This document shows positions 1 through 8,716 of a stretch of DNA of 64,000 nt, one piece after another. A model generated the notes under the pieces. It saw nothing but the letters and a program-made list of their open reading frames with translations. It searched no databases and was not told where the DNA came from. Each line of letters starts with the position of its first letter. Position 1 is the first letter of the stretch. Origin of the DNA: Candidatus Zixiibacteriota bacterium. GTDB taxonomy: Bacteria > RBG-13-66-14 > B26-G2 > WVWN01. A program made the position numbers and the translations under genes. The stretch covers positions 18,108 through 82,107 of the forward strand of contig JASFLY010000008.1 in assembly GCA_050117845.1 (NCBI GenBank), in the 5' to 3' direction.

Positions 1-376
1 AAACGAGGCCGGCGGCGACGCCGCCCCAGCGGCCCATGAGCTTGCGGCCCAGCGCGTACAGAAGGCCGGCCGTCAGCGCCGAGGCCAGGAGCTGGAGGAG
101 CGCTATCGTCCGGAGGTCCCCCAAATCGTTGCCGGAGATTTTGGCGACGGCGGCCAGGAAGTAGGGGTAAGCCGGGCTGGAGTGGAAGTACACGTCGCGG
201 CCCAGGACCTCGCCCGCGAGTATGACGCGGGCGTCGTCGGCGTACTCGACGGTGTCGCCGGTGGGCGCGTGGAAAAGGGGGAAGTCGCACATGCCGGCGA
301 AGTACGCGAGCCGCACGGCCAGCGCCACGGCCACGACGCCGGCGGCCGGCGCGACGCGAAGGAGTCGATTCTTCAT
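1..376 (-). CDS. Partial (runs off window start) GT-C/ArnT-PMT-like membrane glycosyltransferase
   Basis: Manual translation from ATG at 376: MKNRLLRVAPAAGVVAVALAVRLAYF...TGDTVEYADDARVILAG...HSSPAYPYFLAAV...LLQLLASALTAGLLYALGRKL. TM1, acidic loop and PxYP motif are typical of GT39/GT83. Not in the ORF track. Confidence 0.7.
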   Translation of the reverse strand, partial: MKNRLLRVAPAAGVVAVALAVRLAYFAGMCDFPLFHAPTGDTVEYADDARVILAGEVLGRDVYFHSSPAYPYFLAAVAKISGNDLGDLRTIALLQLLASALTAGLLYALGRKLMGRWGGVAAGLV

Positions 377-475
377 CAGGCCGGATTATAAAACAATAAG
401 GCCCCGGCGGCAAGCGGGGCCCCAAAGAAAAAACCGGCCGAAGCCGGTTGTCATGATTTAGGAAAATGTTGCGGC

Positions 476-1093
476 CTAGCCCTGGCCGTTTTTTTTGCCC
501 TTTTCGGCGTCGATACGGTTGGCCAGCACCTCGTCTATTATCCCGTACTTCACCGCTTCCTCGGGCGTCATGAAGTTGTCGCGGTCGGTGTCGCGCTCGA
601 CGGTGGCGATGTCCTGGCCGGTGTGCAGGGAGAGGGTTTCGTTCAACAGCTTCTTGAGGCGGAGGACCTCCCGGGCGTGGATGTCGATGTCGGTCGCCTG
701 GCCGGTGAAACCGCCCGAAACCTGGTGGAGGAGGATGGTGGAGTTGGGCAGGGCGTAACGCTTGCCGGCCGTCCCCGCGGCCAGAAGGACCGCGGCCATG
801 CTGGCGGCCATCCCCAGGCAGTAGGTGGCGACGTCCGAGCGGATGAACTGCATCGTGTCGTAGATGGCGAGGCCCGACGATACCGACCCGCCCGGCGAGT
901 TGATGTACATCAGGACGTCGCGCTCCGGGTCCTCCTTCTCCAGGAAGAGGAGCTGGGCGATGACGAGGTTGGCGACGTTGTCGTCCAGCGGCGCGCCGAT
1001 GAAGATGATGTGGTCCTTGAGGAGCCGGGAGTAGATGTCGTACTGGCGTTCGCCCCGGGACGTCTGTTCGATAACCCACGGAATAAGCGTCAC
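476..1093 (-). CDS. clpP: ATP-dependent Clp protease proteolytic subunit
   Basis: [49 protein letters not shown] start with GGAGG SD. Confidence 0.97.
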   Translation of the reverse strand: MTLIPWVIEQTSRGERQYDIYSRLLKDHIIFIGAPLDDNVANLVIAQLLFLEKEDPERDVLMYINSPGGSVSSGLAIYDTMQFIRSDVATYCLGMAASMAAVLLAAGTAGKRYALPNSTILLHQVSGGFTGQATDIDIHAREVLRLKKLLNETLSLHTGQDIATVERDTDRDNFMTPEEAVKYGIIDEVLANRIDAEKGKKNGQG

Positions 1094-1151
1094 AGATGAC
1101 CTCCGGCGTAAAAGCCGGCCTCGGAAGGCCGGCCTTGAAACTGGGAAGATT

Positions 1152-1224
1152 TGGAGGTGAGGGGATTCGAACCCCTGACCTTCTGCATGCCATGCAGACG
1201 CGCTTCCAACTGCGCCACACCCCC
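1152..1224 (-). tRNA. tRNA-Ala (GGC), CCA not encoded
   Basis: Reverse complement GGGGGTG...TCTGC-AT-GGC-AT-GCAGA...GGTTCGAATCC...CACCTCCA; 7-bp acceptor stem and T-loop present. Confidence 0.95.
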
Positions 1225-1235
1225 GCAGGTTCTAA

Positions 1236-1264
1236 ATAATATACAAAATCGGCGGCGAAGTCAA
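1236..1264 (-). promoter_or_regulatory. Sigma70-type promoter for tRNA-Ala (possibly also clpP)
   Basis: TTGACT-N17-TATTAT on the minus strand just upstream of the tRNA 5' end. Confidence 0.7.
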
Positions 1265-1282
1265 GTGCAAAGGCCGGGTCTT

Positions 1283-1835
1283 GTAGGGGCGCAACGCGTT
1301 ACGCCCCCGCTCGTAATGGTGGGGTCGGCATTCCTGCCGGCGGGGTAATTCCCTCATTATCTAAAACCTAATGTGGCCGCACCTGAAGGTACGGCCCTAC
1401 GAAAACTACTTGGGGTGGCGTCGGATGTTATGGTTGGTGGGGCCGGCATTCCTGCCGGCCGTAAAAAGGAGGCCGTCAGGTGGTAACACCTGACGGCACA
1501 AAAACCGGGTGCCACCGACATTCCTGTCGGTGTTTAAGATGTAGGGGCCGGTCCAAAGACCGGCCCGTTTACTCGTAATGGTGGCGCCGGCATTCCTGCC
1601 GGCGGGGTACTTCCCTCATTATCCAAAACCTAACGTGGCCGCACCTGAAGGTACGGCCCTACGAAAACTACTTGGGGCGGCGTCGGATGTTACGGTTGGT
1701 GGGGCCGGCATTCCTGCCGGCCGTAATATGGAGGCCGTCGGGCGGTAACACCTGACGGTACAAAGACGAAATAGCGTAGGGCCGTATTTCTGATGATATT
1801 TTAACGGGCCGACCTTCAGCGTTGCGCCCCTAACT
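1283..1835. repeat. Cluster of REP-like palindromes (BIME/REPIN-like) containing a ~190-bp direct duplication (about 1310-1503 and 1572-1765)
   Basis: GTAGGGGCGCAACGCGTTACGCCCCC (1283), GTGGCCGCACCTGAAGGTACGGCCCTAC (twice), GCCGGCATTCCTGCCGGC-type units (four), CACCGACATTCCTGTCGGTG (1513), GTAGGGGCCGGTCCAAAGACCGGCCC (1541). Confidence 0.85.
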
Positions 1836-1911
1836 GTATAACGCGGTGCACCCCCCGGTCGTTGATTTACCCCCGGCCGCGTGTTATATTTTAACCGAAG
1901 GAGTCCAGCCT

Positions 1912-3210
1912 ATGCCCCGAAAAAGAGCCGGCCGCAGCCCGTACGTGCGGGAAAACGTCCTGGCGCTCCGGCGCCGGCGCCGTTTCGTCGAAATCTACTT
2001 CGTCATCGCGCTCGTCATCGTGGCCGGGATGCTCATCCTCCACACCCTCTACGTCATCGAGCGCCTCCGCCACGAGTTCCGCGTCACCAGCCGGGCGTAC
2101 GCCACCTTCCAGATGCTCCTCGCCTCCGACCTCCAGGACCCGGCCATGGACGAGGTCATCATCCTCCTGGCCCGGGATATAGGCCGGACGATGAACTTCC
2201 CCACGGTGGCCACCGACGTGTCGGGCACGCCCCAGGTCTGGTGGCCCGGCTACAACGACAAGCTGGGCCCCGACCCCGACAAGAACCTCGAGATAGTCAA
2301 GGGGTTGGCGAAGGACCTCGACCGCGAGCACGAACCCATACCCATCGTCCGCTATTATATCGACCCGGAAACCGGCCGGCCGGCGGACGAACTGCTGGGC
2401 CACTTCCACTACGGCGAGCCCGGCGGCGTGCGCCTCCTGTACTGGGTGCCGGCGATGGAGCTGGTGCTCATCGGCGCGTTCGCCTTCGCCGGCGTCATCG
2501 CGTACCGGCGCCTCAAGCGGACGGAACAGCAGGCCATTTGGGCCGGTATGGCCCGGGAGACGGCCCACCAGCTCGGGACGCCGGTCACGTCGCTCATCGG
2601 GTGGCTGGAGCATCTGCGGGAGCGAGCCGGCGACGACGAGGCCCTGCGGGAACCGCTCGTCGAGATGGGTGAGGACATCAAACGCCTAGAGAAGGTCGCG
2701 GCCCGCTTCCAGGAGATAGGCGCGCCGTTGCGGTTGGCCGAGGGCGACATCGTGCCGCTGGTCGAGCGCGCGATGGCCTACGGGAAACGGCGGGCGCCGG
2801 CGCAGGCCCGCATCTCCTTCAACGTACGGACGCCCTCCGAGCTCCGCGTCCCCCACAGTCCGGTCCTCATCGAGTGGGTGGTCGAGAATTTCGTCAAAAA
2901 CGCGGTCGACGCCACCAAGGGCCTGCCACCCGGTAAGGGCGAAATATCGGTGGAGGCGCGGGCGGAACGGGATTTCGTGACCATCGCCGTCACGGACAAC
3001 GGCGTGGGCATCGAGTCCGCCGAGATGGGCCTGATATTCACTCCCGGCTACAGCACCAAGGAGAAAGGCTGGGGGTTGGGCCTCTCGCTCGTCAAGCGCA
3101 TCGTGGAGGAGGTCCACCGCGGCCGCCTCGAGGTGCGGAGCGAGCCGGGCCGGGGGGCGACCTTCACGGCCTATATCCCGATAGGCCTTCCGGCCCGAGG
3201 GGGGAAGTAA
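1912..3210 (+). CDS. Membrane sensor histidine kinase (HisKA + HATPase_c)
   Basis: Two TM segments; H-box MARETAHQLGTP; ENFVKNAVDA, DNGVGI, GYSTK..GWGLGL. ATG 1912 follows AAGGAG; the ORF track opens at GTG 1846. Confidence 0.93.
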   Translation: MPRKRAGRSPYVRENVLALRRRRRFVEIYFVIALVIVAGMLILHTLYVIERLRHEFRVTSRAYATFQMLLASDLQDPAMDEVIILLARDIGRTMNFPTVATDVSGTPQVWWPGYNDKLGPDPDKNLEIVKGLAKDLDREHEPIPIVRYYIDPETGRPADELLGHFHYGEPGGVRLLYWVPAMELVLIGAFAFAGVIAYRRLKRTEQQAIWAGMARETAHQLGTPVTSLIGWLEHLRERAGDDEALREPLVEMGEDIKRLEKVAARFQEIGAPLRLAEGDIVPLVERAMAYGKRRAPAQARISFNVRTPSELRVPHSPVLIEWVVENFVKNAVDATKGLPPGKGEISVEARAERDFVTIAVTDNGVGIESAEMGLIFTPGYSTKEKGWGLGLSLVKRIVEEVHRGRLEVRSEPGRGATFTAYIPIGLPARGGK

Positions 3211-3753
3211 ACGACGCGCGCCGTACGTATCGCTACCGGGCGCCGGGGCGCGGCCCGCTTGTGGCCGGCTCTCCTGCCGTTGCTGTTCGCCGCGTGCGGC
3301 GGGGCCCCCGCGCCGGTCGGCGATTTCTCGCTGACGGCCGACAGCCTGGGCGAGATCCCGATGCCGTCGGACGCCCGGCGGCCGGAGAACCTCGCCAAGG
3401 CCCAGGACGGCTCCATGGCGACCCGGTGGACGACCGGCGCGAATATGGAGCCGGGTCATTTCGTGGAACTCGAGTTCCCCGAGCCGCGGCGCGTCGCCGG
3501 ATTGACGTTGGACGCCGGGACCGCGGCCGAGGACTTTCCCGCCCGCTTCGTCGTCGAGGTCTCGGCCGGCGGGACGGACTGGAAAGAGGCGTTCGCCGGG
3601 GGTCCCGACGCGACGAAAGGCGGCCTGACGAGGGTCAAGTTCCGCCGGGCCGAAGAGGTTAAATACATATTGATAACCGTATCCGAGGCCAAAGACCGTT
3701 GGTGGTCGATATACGAGATAGAAGTGGAATATGCGGATGATGAAGAAAAATAA
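3211..3753 (+). CDS. Discoidin (F5/8 type C)-domain lipoprotein; start possibly ACG 3211 (ORF track uses TTG 3259)
   Basis: Lipobox LLFAAC; DGSMATRWTT...FVELEFPEPRRVAGL...WSIYEIEV. Confidence 0.75.
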   Translation, partial: TTRAVRIATGRRGAARLWPALLPLLFAACGGAPAPVGDFSLTADSLGEIPMPSDARRPENLAKAQDGSMATRWTTGANMEPGHFVELEFPEPRRVAGLTLDAGTAAEDFPARFVVEVSAGGTDWKEAFAGGPDATKGGLTRVKFRRAEEVKYILITVSEAKDRWWSIYEIEVEYADDEEK

Positions 3754-4267
3754 TCGGCGTTACGGGGCCGGTTGGTGGAGAACGGCCGGCTACTCGGCTT
3801 TGATATGCGCGGCCGCGGCCCTTCTGGCGTGCGACGGGAACGGCCCCGGCTTCGAATTGGAGGCCGGAAGTACGGGCGAGGACGACATGCCCTTCGAGGT
3901 GCAGCGGCGGGACGAACTCGCCAAGGCGTGCGACGGCGACCCGACGACGCGGTGGACGACCAACGTTCCGATGAGGCCGTGGTTCTATATCGCGATTCAC
4001 CTGAAAGAACCCCGCCGCGTGCGGACCGTCATCCTGAACGCCGAGGGCTCGCCGAAAGACCATCCCCGGCGCTTCCTCGTGGAGGTTTCGCGGGACGGGA
4101 AGGGCATACGCGAAGTCGCCCGCGGCACCAATAAGAATACCAAGAAGGGCATCACGCGCATCGACCTCGACCCGGAGGAAGAAGTCGACCTGATAATGAT
4201 AACGGTACAGGACACGCGGCGTTACTTCTGGTCCATCCACGAGTTGGAAATCGAGTATGCCGATTAG
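3731..4267 (+). CDS. Discoidin (F5/8 type C)-domain lipoprotein, paralog of the upstream gene
   Basis: Lipobox ALLAC; DGDPTTRWTT...WSIHELEIEYAD. Confidence 0.78.
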   Translation: MRMMKKNNRRYGAGWWRTAGYSALICAAAALLACDGNGPGFELEAGSTGEDDMPFEVQRRDELAKACDGDPTTRWTTNVPMRPWFYIAIHLKEPRRVRTVILNAEGSPKDHPRRFLVEVSRDGKGIREVARGTNKNTKKGITRIDLDPEEEVDLIMITVQDTRRYFWSIHELEIEYAD

Positions 4268-6059
4268 GAAGGCCGGCGCGACGCGGGCCGGACGTAATTT
4301 CCTATCGGCGGTCGGGGCGTGGTTCGGCGGCGGCGCCGGTTTCGACGGGGCGCTGGTCGTCCTTTTTGCGGTACTCGCTTATCGGGCGGCGTACGGCCTC
4401 GTCGCCTTCGACTCGATAGCGGTACCCGTTTTCGATTTCTTCGGATTCCGGGACCTGGCGGAGAGCTTCTCGCGGCTCGAGTTGCCCGCCTTTTTCAAGC
4501 GCGGCCCCGGCTATCCGTTCCTGATGGCGCTGTGGCCTTTCAGCTTCGGCGGTGCCGACCGCCTGTTGCAGGGGGGCGAGGTCGTCAGTTATCTGGCCGG
4601 CGTGGGGACGCTGGTTTTCTTATATCGATGGACGAGGCCGCGTTTCGGCCGGGCGGCGGTGCTGGTCGTGGCGACGGCCGCCGGTTTCGCCACCTTCGTC
4701 GAACATACGATCCAACCGCTCTGCGACGTCACGCTCGCCTTCTTCGTGACGGCGGCGGCGGCGGAAGCGGGGAAGGGAAAGGGTTGGGCGTACGTGGCCG
4801 CGGCGTTCGCGGCCGCGACCCGCTACGAGGCGGCGGTGCTCATACCGCTGGTGGCGCTGGCCGATTACAAACACTGGCGGGGCCGCCGGCGTTTGATAGC
4901 GTACGCGGCCCTGGCGGCCGTACCGGTGGGGGCGTGGCTCGCGCTCAGCATAGTCCACTCCGAAGTCGTCAACCCCTACGTCGAGCAGATGCTCGCGCTC
5001 CAGCCGGTGGGGACGGCGTTCCTGGACGTCACGGCCTACGCGGTCTTCACGCCCTGGGTGCCGCACCTCGTGTTCGTGAAATACATTTTCTGCGCGGCGG
5101 CCGTGGCGGGGATAATCGTCGCGGTTATCCGGGGAGGGGCCGGCGCCCGCGTTTACGCCGGCTTCGCGGCCTGCTACGTCGTAATCCACATGCTCTTCCC
5201 CTTCGCCTTCGACCGTTTCGTCGTGCCGTTGATACCGCTTTTGGCCGTGGGCCTGGTGGCCGCGGGGCAGGAAATCGTGCGATGGGCGGGCCGCTGGAAT
5301 CGCGGATGGGTGTGGCTTGCCGCGGGCGTTCCGGCGGTGGCGGTTTGGGCCTCGGGCGTCTTTACGTCCTTTACCGCCCGCCGGGAGGAACCGGCGCTTC
5401 TGGTCTGGGGGGCCGCGCTGCCGCTCCTCATCCTGACGGTCGCGGCGGCGGGCGCGGCGTTCTTCCGGCGGGGCGTGCCCCGGCGGGAGGTGGCCGGCCG
5501 TCTCGGCGCGGCCTTCGTCGCCGTCGCCATACTGTCGTTTTTCGTAAACGGACAGATGAGGTTCTGGGAGTCGCGCTGGTACTCGTACCGCTACGGAGGT
5601 TCGACGATTCGGACGGCGGGCGAGGTCCTGGGGAAGGTGGCCCGGCCCGACGACACCGTCTGTTCGGCGTGGGGAGAGGTGCTTCTGTACTACGCGCGGC
5701 CGACGTCGTTCCATACGATGTTGCCGCGCAATATGAGGCCCGTTAAAACCCGGTTCTTCCCGGGCAAAGCGGCCCGCAGAGGCGTTAATTACATATGTTA
5801 CGATAGCATTTCCGCGGCCGACGCGGACACTTATTTCGGGTCGATAACCGGCGCCGGCCTTCTGGCGCGGTTCGCCGAAGGCCGGAACGTGCCGCCTTAC
5901 GAACATTGGGTGACGCTGCGGCGGGGCTGGGAATACGCTCACCTGTACCGCCGCCGGCCGGGGTGGAAACCGAAATCGGACGGAAACGCGTCCGAGAAAG
6001 GGATAGAAGGAAATGAGTTCAGCGAAGGGACTGAAGGAGAAACTCCCGGACAGGAGTGA
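4257..6059 (+). CDS. GT-C-type (GT39/83-like) polytopic membrane glycosyltransferase
   Basis: Many TM helices; FKRGPGYPFLMAL, QPLCDVT, AAATRYE, HMLFPFAFDRF; C-terminal soluble domain. Confidence 0.65.
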   Translation: MPIRKAGATRAGRNFLSAVGAWFGGGAGFDGALVVLFAVLAYRAAYGLVAFDSIAVPVFDFFGFRDLAESFSRLELPAFFKRGPGYPFLMALWPFSFGGADRLLQGGEVVSYLAGVGTLVFLYRWTRPRFGRAAVLVVATAAGFATFVEHTIQPLCDVTLAFFVTAAAAEAGKGKGWAYVAAAFAAATRYEAAVLIPLVALADYKHWRGRRRLIAYAALAAVPVGAWLALSIVHSEVVNPYVEQMLALQPVGTAFLDVTAYAVFTPWVPHLVFVKYIFCAAAVAGIIVAVIRGGAGARVYAGFAACYVVIHMLFPFAFDRFVVPLIPLLAVGLVAAGQEIVRWAGRWNRGWVWLAAGVPAVAVWASGVFTSFTARREEPALLVWGAALPLLILTVAAAGAAFFRRGVPRREVAGRLGAAFVAVAILSFFVNGQMRFWESRWYSYRYGGSTIRTAGEVLGKVARPDDTVCSAWGEVLLYYARPTSFHTMLPRNMRPVKTRFFPGKAARRGVNYICYDSISAADADTYFGSITGAGLLARFAEGRNVPPYEHWVTLRRGWEYAHLYRRRPGWKPKSDGNASEKGIEGNEFSEGTEGETPGQE

Positions 6060-7392
6060 TTTCCCGGACGTCGATTACTGGGAGGTCCGCCTGGAATCGG
6101 AGGAGCAGACTACCGTAAACGTCAGGGACGGCGACGTCGAAGTCGTCGCCGGTCGGGACGTGGACCGCGGCAACGTTCGGGTACTCGCCCGCGGCGGCTG
6201 GGGTTTCTCGTCGTTCAACCGCCACGCCGACGTGCGGGAACACATCGCCCGGGCGGTCGCCTTCGCCCGCAGCGTGGGCGGCGGCGACGCGTCGGTGCTG
6301 CCGCTCGGGCCCGTGGAAGCCTCGGTTCCGGCGCGCTACGAGCGGCATCCCCGGGACGTTTCGTTCGAGGAAAAACTGGATACCGTCCGGTCTTACGACG
6401 AGATAGTACGGGAACACCCGGCCGTAATTTCGACCACCGTGTCGTACGAGGACACGGTGCGGAACAAGGTCTTCCTGAATTCCGAGGGCCGGCTCGTCGA
6501 GGAGGAGCTGGTATACACCCGGGGCATCGTCCGCGCCACCGGCAAGGCGGACGGCGTCCCGGAAAGCCACTCCGCGAGTTTCCGTTATCACGCCGGCTTC
6601 GAGGCCTTCGTCGAACTACGCGACCGGATCCCGGAGATGCTCGAGGGCCTCGAGGAGCAGCTGGCCGCCGAGGACGCCCGCGGCGGGACGTACGACGTCA
6701 TCGTCAACCCGATGCTGGGGGGCGTGTTCGTGCACGAGGCCTTCGGCCACACCAGCGAGGCCGACCACTTCTACCGCGACGCCGGAATGACCGACGTCAT
6801 GCGGCTGGGGCGGACCATGGGCTCGAAGGCGATAAGCATCGCCGACGACGCGACGCTCTCGCCCAAACACTCCGGCTGCATCGAGTACGACGACGAGGGC
6901 GTGGAGGGGAAGCGGACCGAACTCATGCGCGAGGGCGTTCTGACCGGCCACCTCCACAACCGCACCACCGCCGCCGTACTGGGCGAGGAGTTGACCGGAA
7001 ACGCCCGGGCGCTCCACGCGTCGTTCCCGCCCATCGTCCGCATGACCGCGACGGTGATCGAGCCGGGCGAGGCCACGCTGGACGACTTGTTGCACGAGAT
7101 GGGGGACGGCCTGCTGGTGAAGGACAGCCGCGGCGGCATGGGCGGCGAGAACTTCACGTTCAGCGCCCGCGTCGGCTATCTGGTCGAGGGCGGCAAGTTA
7201 ACGAAACCGGTGAAGAACCTGACGCTCACCGGGAACCTTTTCACCACCCTCAAAAACATCGCCGCGTGTTCGAACGAGCGGGAGTTGTTCAGTTCGGCCG
7301 GAGGCTGCGGCCGCGGCGCCCAATCCCCCCTGCCGGTCAGCTTCGGCAGCCCGCACGTCTTGATTAAAAACGCGCTCATAGGAGGTCGGTAG
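6013..7392 (+). CDS. tldD: TldD family metalloprotease
   Basis: FVHEAFGHTSEAD (HExxxH), YDDEGVEG, LTGHLHNR, GNAR..PPIVRMT, GCGRGAQSPLPVSFGSPHV. Confidence 0.9.
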   Translation: MSSAKGLKEKLPDRSDFPDVDYWEVRLESEEQTTVNVRDGDVEVVAGRDVDRGNVRVLARGGWGFSSFNRHADVREHIARAVAFARSVGGGDASVLPLGPVEASVPARYERHPRDVSFEEKLDTVRSYDEIVREHPAVISTTVSYEDTVRNKVFLNSEGRLVEEELVYTRGIVRATGKADGVPESHSASFRYHAGFEAFVELRDRIPEMLEGLEEQLAAEDARGGTYDVIVNPMLGGVFVHEAFGHTSEADHFYRDAGMTDVMRLGRTMGSKAISIADDATLSPKHSGCIEYDDEGVEGKRTELMREGVLTGHLHNRTTAAVLGEELTGNARALHASFPPIVRMTATVIEPGEATLDDLLHEMGDGLLVKDSRGGMGGENFTFSARVGYLVEGGKLTKPVKNLTLTGNLFTTLKNIAACSNERELFSSAGGCGRGAQSPLPVSFGSPHVLIKNALIGGR

Positions 7393-7393
7393 C

Positions 7394-8677
7394 ATGAGCC
7401 GAGAATATTACGATGTATATCGCGCCGAGGTCGACCGCATCCCCGTCAACTTCGAGGGCGGAGCCCTGACCGAGATCCAGGGCCGCACGAGCGAGTTTTC
7501 AACCTGCCGCTACGTCCGGGAAGGCAAGGTCGGATACTACACGGCCAGCGCCCGGCCCGACGACGAACTCGTGGCCCGGGCCGGCGAGGCGGCGGCTTAC
7601 GGGAACGAGCTGGACGTGGATCTCCCGGCGCCGCAGGACGTGCCGGCCGTGGCCTCCTATTCCGAGACGACGGCGGCCCTCGGAGCGGCGGAGATGGTCG
7701 AGTGGGGCCGGCAAATAATCGAGGGCGTCCGGGAAGGCGTAGGCAAGGACCTCCCGGTCGACGTGCAGCTCGAACGCGAGGTAATAAAGTCCTCTATCTC
7801 GAACTCGAAGGGCGTGGCGTACGAGCACCGGGCGACGTCGATATCGGTGGGGGCCTCGCTGATGGAGGCGGCCGAGGGGGACCTCCACTCCGTTTTCGAC
7901 GTCGAGTACTCGACCGACGCGGAGAACGTCGAGCCCGACCGCATGATCAACTGCATCGTGGATTACTACCGCCGGGGCCTCGAGACCACGAGCGTGCCGA
8001 CGGCCGCCATGCCCGTCCTCCTGCACCCGTTCGCGGTGCCGCTGTTTTTGGTGCCGCTCCTCGCGGGCCTCGACGGCGAGCGCGTCAAGGACAAGACCTC
8101 GCCGCTTATCGGTAAACTCGGGGAGAGCATTTTCCACGAGGCCGTGACGATAGCCGACGACCCCTTCCTCCCCGGCGTCCCCGGGGGCGCGCCGTTCGAC
8201 GGCGAGGGCGTCGTGGCCCGGCGCCGGCCGCTCGTCGAGAAGGGCGTTCTGCGGTCCTTCAACCACACGCTGGAGACGGCCAAGGCCGCCGGCGAAGAAG
8301 CGACCGGCGGCGCCCACCGCGGGGCCGCCGGCAAACCGGCGCCCGGGATATTCAACCTGGTCATGGAGGCCGGCGACACGCCGCACGAGGATATCCTCCG
8401 CTCCATCGACCGCGGCCTCTTCCTCCGGTACATGTCCGGGAGCGGCCAGGGCAACAACCTCGCCGGCGAGTTCCAGATGGCCGTGTACTCCGGCTACCTC
8501 ATCGAGGGCGGCGAGCTGACCAAACGCCTCAAGAACGTCATGGTGGCGGGCAACGTTTACGACGTCTTCCGCCGGGTCGAGGCCGTGTCCTCGGATCGGG
8601 TTCCGGGCTGGGACGACGACTACAACGTGCTGGCCCCTTACGTTTTGCTGGGCGACGTCTCGGTCGCCGGGGGTTAG
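7394..8677 (+). CDS. pmbA: TldE/PmbA family protein
   Basis: PFDGEGV, LVEKGVLRSF, TGGAHRG, GEFQM...GYLIEGGE; lacks HExxxH; directly follows tldD. Confidence 0.85.
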   Translation: MSREYYDVYRAEVDRIPVNFEGGALTEIQGRTSEFSTCRYVREGKVGYYTASARPDDELVARAGEAAAYGNELDVDLPAPQDVPAVASYSETTAALGAAEMVEWGRQIIEGVREGVGKDLPVDVQLEREVIKSSISNSKGVAYEHRATSISVGASLMEAAEGDLHSVFDVEYSTDAENVEPDRMINCIVDYYRRGLETTSVPTAAMPVLLHPFAVPLFLVPLLAGLDGERVKDKTSPLIGKLGESIFHEAVTIADDPFLPGVPGGAPFDGEGVVARRRPLVEKGVLRSFNHTLETAKAAGEEATGGAHRGAAGKPAPGIFNLVMEAGDTPHEDILRSIDRGLFLRYMSGSGQGNNLAGEFQMAVYSGYLIEGGELTKRLKNVMVAGNVYDVFRRVEAVSSDRVPGWDDDYNVLAPYVLLGDVSVAGG

Positions 8678-8716
8678 CGCGGCTCCGGCCGGACGCCGAG
8701 GGCGCGCTTGGATTCG

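Noticed and set aside
1283-1835. CRISPR array
   Set aside because: The repeats are palindromes of several classes with duplicated, not unique, spacers and irregular spacing, and there are no cas genes. This fits REP/BIME.
6013-8677. RiPP/microcin cluster around tldD/tldE
   Set aside because: No precursor peptide, YcaO or radical SAM gene is nearby; TldD/E is commonly housekeeping.
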